A stretch of 64,000 nt of DNA, from contig DF237350.1 in NCBI GenBank assembly GCA_000708835.1, positions 1 to 64,000 on the forward strand. Reading direction: 5' to 3'. Both the position numbers and the translations under genes were made by a program. The DNA comes from Klebsormidium nitens. Its lineage: Eukaryota > Plantae > Klebsormidiophyceae. The notes beneath the pieces are model-generated. The model had not been told where the DNA came from. It worked only from the letters and a program-made list of their open reading frames with translations, and did not search any database. This document shows positions 51,775-61,092 of the stretch, piece after piece (the first letter of the stretch is position 1; each line of letters opens with the position of its first letter).

Positions 51775-52090
51775 TTGCCCGTTAACGGGCAGGAGGCCGG
51801 GCAACGCGTTCCCCGGCCTCCTGCCCGGTCATCGGCCGAAGTCGGGGCAGGGTAGCGCACTGCCCGGTGATCGGGCAAACATCACCGGGCAAGCAGGCCG
51901 GGGAAGGGCTCATCTCGTGCACGGGTACAAGGCCGGGCAGGAGCGGCCGGATCCCGGGCAGCGACGCCGGGCAGGGGCTTTCCGCACGTCCGGGCAGGGC
52001 GACTGATGAGCGGGCAGCACAACCGGGCAGCCTCCGTTCAAGACCGGGCAACTAGACCGGGGAATGCATCATATATGATCGGGCAATAAG
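51775..52090. repeat. Subterminal repeat array (CCGGGCA/TGCCCGG)
   Basis: At least 12 direct CGGGCA-type copies plus inverted copies. They form palindromes such as TGCCCGTTAACGGGCA and TGCCCGGTGAT...ATCACCGGGCA. Confidence 0.85.
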
Positions 52091-52732
52091 CATTGACGGG
52101 CGCCACGTCACCGACGTGATGACGTCATATGATGAACCGATGATAGATCGGAAAGAGCAGGACGAGATGAATCCGAGAATGTAAAAGAGGGAACAACAGT
52201 CAATTAACTTAGTGACAGTTTGAAAGACTTACGGTCCGTCTAGTACTTAGGCTATGCTGTGTCACTATGCGCCCGCTGCAATACACTATGTCCAACTGAA
52301 CCTTTGTGCTGGTTCAATTCTGCTGTGCTCTAACTTCTGATCGCTATGCGCCCCGCTACCTCGTCGTCTGCACTGCTGACTTCTCAACTCGGAAATCAAA
52401 CTTGCGAATGCCGAGTCTTGCGTGACGCATGATGCCTCCGAGTCAACCTGCATGCAGAACGCCGATCAGGAGTTAGCTAGGTCGAACGCACGAAAGACTT
52501 TCTTGCCACGCCATCACAAATGTGATCGGCATATCGCGTTGCACACTGTCTAGACTACTCTGTTCAATAAACACATAAGGAGTCAGTGAAAAGTTGAAAA
52601 CAAGGACTTTCGTTGCCCTGTTGTTACCAGCGCTACAGTATTGAAAGCAGCACGCCGCCGTGGAGTGCACTTGACTGTCACAGACACCTTAGATTCCGGA
52701 CCCTAAATGACAAAATTGATTCACCAACCTGA

Positions 52733-55700
52733 TCAGAAGCGAACCCGGACATCAGCAGGGTCCAATACGGTGCCTTCCTCCCGCCACTTCCGGTTCTTGA
52801 TGACGACCTTCTTCTTCTTGATGAGCCCCTCGCCCAGAAGCTTCAGGAGGTAGTTCTGGTTGAAGCCCGTCAGATCGGGGGACTTCGAGATGCCCGGTAG
52901 CTTGAGCCGGTTGATCGCCTTCTGGAGCGCTCTGGAGGTCAGCTGCGAACAGAAGCGATCGACTGTAGTCAAGAAAGGGTAGCCTCGTACTCCAAACACT
53001 GTGGTCCTCGTAAGGTAACCCGCTCGAGAAAAAGCGGATGTTGGATTCAGATGTGTTTGTGCGTATCACGTGCAACACCCTGCACTATGAGGAAGACATT
53101 GCGACGGCACTTCATCGATTCACGCCAAATTATGCTTCACAAAGCCCACTCAATTTTGCAAGATCGAATCGGAACTGGAATGGAGTCAGAAGGGAACGAG
53201 ACCGGGACCGGAACGGGTTGAGACCGAAACGAGACCGGGACAGAAAAAGTCAGAACGGAACGAGACCGGGTCAGAAACGGAATGAGAACGGAACGAGACC
53301 GGAATTGGAACGGGCTCGGAACGGAATCGATTTTAGATCGGAACACGATTTTGACCAGAATCGGAATCGGAATCGGAATAGCAACTGAAGTGTAACGAAA
53401 CTAAGATAAGACTGGAATGGATCTCAGATTGGAGCGGAATTCTGAGTGGAACCAGATCGAAACGGAATCAGACCGGAACGGACAAGAGCGAGACCGTCGA
53501 TCAGACCGGAAAGAAGGTCAGATTGAAGAGATTTTCGACCAGACCGAAGCACGAATCGGAATGGAATCTAGACCGGAACCGATTCAGAATGGAACTCGAC
53601 CGGAATCGGAACGGCTTCCGACCGGAACACGACTGGGACTGGGTCTGATAGCAGTACCAGAACGAAACTCGGACCTCGCTCTATAAAACATCCCGACGGC
53701 TTGTAATTGTGCTCAAGTGAAGTTGGTGTGGGCACTGAAAATACCGTCATTCCGAAGTACTTTTTAAGGAAACAAATCGATATCAGTCGACCACGAAGTT
53801 CACGGTTCTCCAGGCTAGGTCTTGCTGCAACCCTTGTCGAGGTGACACTTCTGGCCGTTTCGATGGGCAATGAGCTTTACCTGGTATGATGCGTTAACTT
53901 CCAGGGCGGTCATCGCGATAATCTGGTAGTTGTCGACCATCAACGGGTGCAACTTCTCGTCCTTGTCCTCGAAGGCGCCCCCAATCGGCAGATCTGACGT
54001 CGCCTCTGCATCGGAGTCCTCCTCTTCCGACGACTCGATTGCGGAGCCCGAAAGACTCAGCGACTCCTCGCTGTCCTCGTCCGACTTGCGCTTCTTCTTG
54101 GCCCCAGCCTTGCTCTGCTCCCGGGTCTTCTGTCGAGTGTCGGTTCCTGCCGCTGCCGGCTTGGAGTTCACCACGTAACTGTCGTTGTGAATCATCCGGT
54201 TCATCTTGGGCGCCCGGTTCGACTGCCGCACGGCTTGGGTTTCCTCAACCGGCTGATCCGTTGGCGGTTCCTTGTTCTTTTGGCTGGGGCCTCCTGATTC
54301 GTCCTGCTCGTTTGGCTCTTCGTTAACGGGGGAAACACCCGCCGCGCGCTTCTTCTTGTTCTTCTCCCGATCGCCCTGGCTGCCCTTCCGCTTCGCGGAC
54401 CCCTTCTTCGTCTCGTCCAGCTTTCCCTTCTCCTCGCGCTCCTCTAAACGTTCCCCCTCGCCAGCTTTCACGCGCTCCTCCGAACCCTTTCCGGCAGCCG
54501 ACACACCCCGGGGGGGCGAGAGCGCAGACCCTGAGAGGACCGCAGCCGGGCGAGCTGCCTGCTGCGCTGCCTGGTTGATCAGCGCCTCCGCGCAGAGATC
54601 CGCTGACGTCTTGTTCTGGGGGCTCGATCGGTGTTGGCCAGATGCCTGCACAGAAAGACTCAGAACGATGTGAAACACTCTCAGCGTCAGGATATCCATT
54701 CCTCCTTTTTTTCCGAGACGAGCCGAAGCGCGCACAAAAGCGCAGGACCTGAATGCCGATGTTTGGCAAAAAGTCGCGACTTAAAAGAGGCAAAAAGAAA
54801 GGACTCGGAACCGGAGCCTTCGATGGCGCAGTTCGATAGCCGCCCGTGCGCGCGCGCACTCGTCTCAATTTCAGTCGGTTTGAAGAAGGGAGTCATCGGT
54901 TTCTGACGAAAGCCAGCGAATGTTAATAAAGACGTGCAGAAAGAACTGGAAAGGACCGTGACCGTTCAAAAGCGGAGGATTGACGGCGCAGATCAACAGC
55001 CACGCGCGCGCGCGCACTCGTCTCAAATTGAGCCGGCCTTGAAGAAGGGAATCACCGGTCTTTGCCAAAAGCCCGCAACTCTGAGACGCGCAGAAATATT
55101 TTGAAAGGAACGTCATCCACAATCAAATAATCGATGGCGCAGATCGACAGCCGCGTGCGCGCGCACTTATCTCAGATTCAGTCGGCCATGAAAAAGGGAA
55201 GCATTGGTTTCTGTCAAAGCCCGCGACTTAAGACGCGCCAAAAGAACTTGCCAAAAGGACCGTGATTCAGAAGCCGAGAATCGATGGCGCAGATCGACAG
55301 CCGCGCGCGCGCGCGCACTCATTTATTCGGCCTCAAAGAAGGAAATCAAGAGCGGTCTAATCACTTCACATGGGGGCAAAAAAAGCCTTGGGCGGTCACC
55401 TTCTCAAAGCCCAAGGCGCCGGCATGTTCTTGGCACGCAAAACGGCCGCCGTCGTAGCATTCCACGTTGTACACCTCGCGAAGGAAGCCTTGGAAGCACA
55501 GGTTGTGCACCGGCTCCTTGCAAACGTCGCACCGGTGCTGCGTGGGTTTTCCTGCCATTGCGCACGCTGGCAAGGTGCACTTTCCGCCCAGTCCCTGAAA
55601 AGAAATTGAAGTGGACGTGCAAATCAGGCAGTATCCGAGCATATCAACTGAAAAGTTGAGCGGGAAACCGGAGCTAGTAACCCGTGCTAATGAACCGACT

Positions 55701-58700
55701 CCTATTTGAGAAGCTGGCCCGAGCTGAAAAACCGACCAGAAAACCATCTAAAACGAGCGCCGAAAACCGGAGACTAAACCCCGTGCGGATGACGTTCATT
55801 CAAAATCCAAGAAGGAAAGCGGACCAAGCAAACCTGAGTTTGTTTCGAATGCGAGCAGGAAACTCGAGCAAATTATTTGGATTGGAAACCCGGGCAGAAC
55901 ACTGTAGATGATTCAAACCAGACCAAGAGATAGTTTCAAAATGAGCCCGACACCCGTGCAGATGACCCAGAAGGGAACCCGACCAGATAATCGGAGCCGA
56001 CAGCCAAATCAAACATGAAACTGCAACCAGGGTCACATGCAGACACCCGAGTTGAAATCCCGAACGGTAAACCTGAGCCTTTTCTAACCTGAGCACGAAA
56101 AAGAACCCTATCTGTGCCTATGACATGGTTTGCCAGTCCAAGCATAAAGCCGAGCATATAACCTATGTTGCTAAGCATGAGAACAAGAAAACACCTCCCA
56201 GACCCCTCCCAGATGCCCAGAACTGACCTGTCGGAAGCCAAAGTTGCTGTGATGGTTGGCGCAGTAGAGCAGGTCCCCGTCGTAGTTCGCAACTCCGTAC
56301 AGCTTTGTCAATAGCGTCTGCATGCACTCCTTGTGCACCGGCTCAAGACACGTCTGGCAGTAACCTGAAGGCCGCTCCGTCGACGAGCACGTGTCTAACG
56401 AGCAGCTCGTTTTCGGCTTTGGCTGCAATAGGAAAAGACTGTAGTGAGTCAAAGACAGCAGCCAGTGCTTAAATGCTGGCTGAAAAAGGAAGGGACTTTT
56501 GAACTGAGGCGCAGGGCTCAAAACCTTTTGGTTTGGGATCTGGTAAGCGAGATATGTTTTCTTCATTGTCTTCAAAAACGTTGATACAGTGGCGAATCAA
56601 AAAGTGGTTATTGAAATCTCGTTGGTTAGCCGCAAAGCAGGGGTTTCTTTGCCAGGCATGTCTACGCCGTGCCTGGGAAAGAAGGATTTCGTTAGTGGCT
56701 CGGTTAGGGGTTTGGACGCGAGACAGCATCTGCTAACGAGGAAAATGAAAAGAGAAGGCTCTGAAGTGCAGAAGATGGCGGTCAGGCGAAGCAGATCTCA
56801 AAATGGAGTGTGCTGACGTCATCAAAACGAGGGCTGTGTCAGTTGGGGGGCTGGAAAGCAAGCAGACATAACGGGTCGCGCAATTTCCGGAATTCCTGGG
56901 TAAGGCAATTTAGAATAATGTGTGTGTGTGGCCGACGGAAATACAGGTCTGGACTCTCGAGACAAAACGGCTAAAATTTGCGTCTAAAATTGGGTCTGCA
57001 AAGAGGGTTATTTTGAGATGAGTCTGGCTGGAGGTGTCTAAAAGGTGATTTTCGGGGGTGCTTAACGGAGTGAAAAAGAGAGGTTTAAGCATTTTATCAC
57101 CATAATCGGATCAAGAAGGTTCAATTAAATCGGGGGCTTGGGTTTTCCGGTCAAGAGTAGGGTGGGGACACGTGGCGGCGCAGTATGCGGAAAATGGAGA
57201 AAGAGGCAAAAACAAGTGTTTTGAAGCGGGTTAAGGGTGGTCAGGGCGGCTTTTCAAGTCTTCGATAATGATCGGAGTACAGAGAAGTTTCGGAAAGCAG
57301 GAAATCGGAGTCGGAGTGGACGTGGATAGCCAAACGGACACGTGGCGGGTGTTGCAAAAGCTGGATGTTAGAGACGGAAGGGGGACGGAAGGTCGTAGAA
57401 CGCGGTTTTCGGGTTAGCTTTTTCGGGTTCAGGAGACGTCGAATGGAGAGGTAAATTAGGGAAGTTTAAAGACTTGCAGATCTGCAAATAAAGTCTGCGG
57501 AGACATGTACAAGAGAAGATCGTACAAAAATGGCATGCGCGCTTTTTGGAAAGTGACAAGTGCCAACTTACCGTTGTCTTGCCTGCGTCGCTAGCCGGAG
57601 CACGTGGTGCTTTTTCGAGGTCGATTCGTACAGCCGATTCGTTTGAGCGCTGGGTTGCCGCAGAGAGGTGTACCTGCTTCGAAGACAATCATTCGTTACT
57701 TTCAATCTTCAATACATTTTTCTAACGGAGAGTCAACGCAACCCCGGAAACAGCACTTCAGATTTGCAGCCCTGAGCTCTAAGCCCTGACTTTAAACCAC
57801 CGCCTCAATATCCACCTTTGATTGAGACGCAAACACAAAATCTTCAAAGCTTCCGTTTCAAAGCTGCCAGAAATTTTAAAAGTTTAGCTCCAGTACAAGT
57901 CTGCCAAAAACGTGGAAGGTTTTGGCACCACGGTGCCAGAAAGAGCAAGAATTTCTCGAAGGTTTCACGGTTTGAAGGTTCTGGTACCAGACACTTTCAG
58001 GATTCTGGCGCAAATCTGCCCCACTCACCTAGTCTGGAGGAGAAGACTCGGTGTTCAACGCTTTGTCAGGGAAGTTCGCGCTGTCAGGCGAAACGGATCC
58101 GCTGTTTTCTGCATCGGGCACCGGCTCCTGTACACATAGCGAGTTCAGGTTTGCCAGCATGTCTCAGCAAGCGCAAATCTGCAGTGGACGAGGCCGTTGT
58201 CTACGAAGAGCACCTGCTTCATCATAAACCACGATCGCGCGAGGTCCTCAAATAAAACCGTAGAGCATTCAGGTTCTCAGAAGCTTCTTGAAGGATATTG
58301 CCTATTGAAGCAAAGTCGACCAAGCAAGTTGAAGACACTTCGAGATACATGTGCTGAGCAGGTCGGATAGTGACGTGGCGAAAGTCGAAAAATCCCTGAC
58401 CTCAAGGGGTTCGTTCTTGTCAGCATGCGATGGGGGAAGATTCATGGCCTCTTGACTCTCGGGATCCGGATTTCCGCACGATTGGTCCTGCAACGTGAAC
58501 GGCTTTGGATGAATGACGAGATCAAGCAAGAGAGTGGAACAGAGCGAGAGTATCTTTGGTCAATATGAACTTGGACATCTTCTACAATCGTTTTTGCACA
58601 GGCAAGACACGTAATGTGAATACGCCACAGGTTTGCTTGTGGCGCATGCACATAGGCATGTGACGTATCCGATCAAACCTTTGCCTGATCACACCTATGC

Positions 58701-60359
58701 ATAATCACAGGTCTGCGGGGTATTCACACCTCGCTGATTGGCTTCGCACACTGACCTTCGATGATTCATTCTCGTTGCAATGATGGGGCTTCTCCTGCAT
58801 TTCCGGAGCGCCATCTTTTCCAGCTTGAGCTCGCTTCTGCAGCCACGAAACAGCCAGCGCTTAAGTTCATTCTGGTGGAAAGATCAGGCAAACTGGCTCG
58901 AACACGTCAGATGTGTCTATAGAAACACAATAGCACAGCGAATTAGACAGCAAACAAATCAAAGAAGCCTTATAACTTATCAGTCTTTGAGTAATTGAAC
59001 TGTCATAAAAAGAGATTGTGGCACGCAGAAACTGGGATTGCGATTTGAATCTTTGCAGACCTTCTTCGCAGCATGAGAACAACGCAGCAGTTTATGTGAT
59101 GGCCGCTTCCCTACCTTTAGTTGCTTGCGGTCGTGGTAGCGTTTCAGCTTGTCAGCCTGGCTCTTCTTGTAACGGTCCGCGTGCACCAGCTTCTTTTTCA
59201 GGTCGTCAATGATGGCGGTGAATGTGGAGTTGTAGCAAGCTGCAAGTGATACTGTACGCTTGAGCGTCAAAGTTACATGCACTGCAATAAAACCCTTGCT
59301 TACAAGCACTGTGATCAAATCAATTAGACAAGTTGCTTGTTACTAGAAAGCATGACAAATCTCACTTGTTTCAAGAAGCTGATTGTAACACAAAGCTCCT
59401 CAAGCAGTCACAAAACCCTCTGCAATCTACTCTTGGGACTGGTTGATCTTAAAACAAAGAATGAGCAGAACGGAGAATATTTTCAACAATGGAGGTGTAC
59501 GTACGATTTCGAATCCGTTCTGCGAATTCGTCTAACGCCATATGATGCTCAGAGCAAACGTTGGCTTACCTTTAGGCCACTTGTAGACTGTGCCGTCCAA
59601 ACCTACAATCTCACCAGCGTGCTCGTCATCTTCTAGAATTGAATCAAAGATCTTGTCTCTCCATTCTTGGTCCTTTGGATTCTTCTTCAGGTTGATGGAC
59701 CTCAACCTCGTCAATTCTTCTTCTGAAGGAGTCTCTTTCGCCTTCGTTTCATTAGGCATGTAATCACTCAATCCCAGATCCGCTGCAACACGGCTGACCA
59801 CACGAGCATGAAAGCTCTGCAGCCTCCTGACGCCGTGCTTCCCCACAACCGCTGTATACTTCTTGCTGTGCCACAGTGTTTTGAAAAGCTTGGATGCAGT
59901 CACTGGCGAGCTCGGTGCTGCTCTGCTTTGCGACCTACTCTGAGTATTGTTTCCCCGCTCTGAAACGTCTACTTGTTGAGTCAAGTTCTCTGACATGCTT
60001 TCTCTCATACCAGTGCTCCCTTGGATGCCTTTCTGCAGATTGACTGCCTGGCCTCCTCCGTCTCTTGTCAGAGTGTCCCCAGCAGTACGAGCGGTACCTG
60101 TGCCTCCATTGGATGCTTCTGATAAAAGCCACGACTTTCTCAGATCTTTCAGAAGAAGTTTGTGTCCTCTTTTTATCTCAGACCCGCTGTCCAGATCTTT
60201 GAAATCTTCAACAAGCGCGTCCCCTTCTGGTCCCTGCGCCAAGAAGACTCTCCCACTAATTGCTTCTTCGAGGATGTATTTGGTATACAAGTCACTCTCC
60301 AACTCTTTTGAAACCTCCTCTGCAAACTCTTGCGCACTTAGACCACGTATGCGACTCAT
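52733..60359 (-). CDS. Transposon second gene: SAM-like N-terminus, two C4HC2H PHD-like fingers, charged linker, SAP/LEM-like tail; exons 60359-59570, 59239-59115, 58836-58756, 58487-58401, 58127-58029, 57673-57572, 56422-56228, 55594-55400, 54645-53881, 52942-52733
   Basis: Ten exons are linked by GT-AG sites in consistent phase (1, then all 0). The only interruption is TAG at 58031-58029, the last codon of exon 5. Domain names come from motif resemblance only. The ATG and the small middle exons are less certain. Confidence 0.72.
53160..53690. repeat. Degenerate GGAAC/GGAAT/GAGACC satellite in an intron
   Basis: Dense short-period repeats (ggaacgagaccgg, cggaatcggaatcggaat) inside intron 53880-52943. 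Confidence 0.85.
54770..55345. repeat. Tandem repeat, 4 x 150-160 bp, intronic
   Basis: The anchor gatggcgcagatcgacagcc...gcgcgcgcact recurs at about 54822, 54982, 55133 and 55283. Confidence 0.87.
56570..57250 (-). repeat. Left arm of a ~700-bp diverged inverted repeat (intron 6 of the second gene)
   Basis: Collinear reverse-complement match to 62100-62800, for example tgctgacgtcatcaaaa, ggctgtgtca...ggggggctg, ctttgccag.catg and cacgtggc. Confidence 0.85.
56814..57346. promoter_or_regulatory. bZIP-type motifs TGACGTCA (56814) and CACGTGGC (57169, 57339), mirrored at 62552 and 62184
   Basis: Exact motifs are retained in both diverged repeat arms. Function is not shown. Confidence 0.35.
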
Positions 60360-61092
60360 TGCTCTACCTGTTTGACCTTGCGCAGTTGCCTTGACAGCAA
60401 AGGTCTCATGCACGGACCTGCTTCGTTGTCTTGCAGATGCCTCGAGCAGGTCCTCTTTGAGATGTCGCAAAGAAGAAGCTGTGCTGCATGCAGAAAACGA
60501 AGCAGTCACTTGCAATAGATGCAATTTTACTCTTAGAAACCACGCTCTTTCAAACTTTCTCGCGGGCTTTTGAAGGCAGTCTACACAGTTTGACAAGACA
60601 CACGTACGACTCTCCCAAATTCCGAACTTCGGTTCTTGCTGCCGATTTTTGCGGTCCTAAATGCGGTTAAGACTTAACCAACCGCATATATATGGTATCG
60701 AAGCGGCGTGCATGCTAAAACGGAAATCATGCAAGATCGGGTTTAGATTAACCCTTAGATTGTCGCTTGACGATCGCTTGACGATCGTGACACATCTTTC
60801 GAGCGACTCAAAGCACATGAGAATTCAAAATTCAAAGCACAGAGCATGCGCGCATCAGAGAACAAAAGATGATCGGAGAACAGAAGATGAAGGAAAGAAC
60901 TAAGGAAAGCGGCCGGCTTTGGAGGTCAGGCCACACATGTTCAAGCAGCAGCGCTTCAAGGTCATGCAGAACGCATTCGGGTACTGCAAGTCTCATTCAC
61001 GACAGAAGATTAAAAAGCACGCAGAATTGAATCAATCTGGAGACAAATTTGATAGTTCGATGGTGACTATGGAATGATACATCACTAGGAAA

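Noticed and set aside
53038-53686. Arg/Asn/Gly-rich ORFs
   Set aside because: They are translations of the intronic satellite.
54770-55345. CRISPR-like repeat array
   Set aside because: Units are long and degenerate with no unique spacers, there are no cas genes, and they lie in a eukaryotic intron.
59360-59447. Candidate extra exon in the second gene
   Set aside because: It has stops in all three frames. Direct splicing of 59570 to 59239 keeps the frame.
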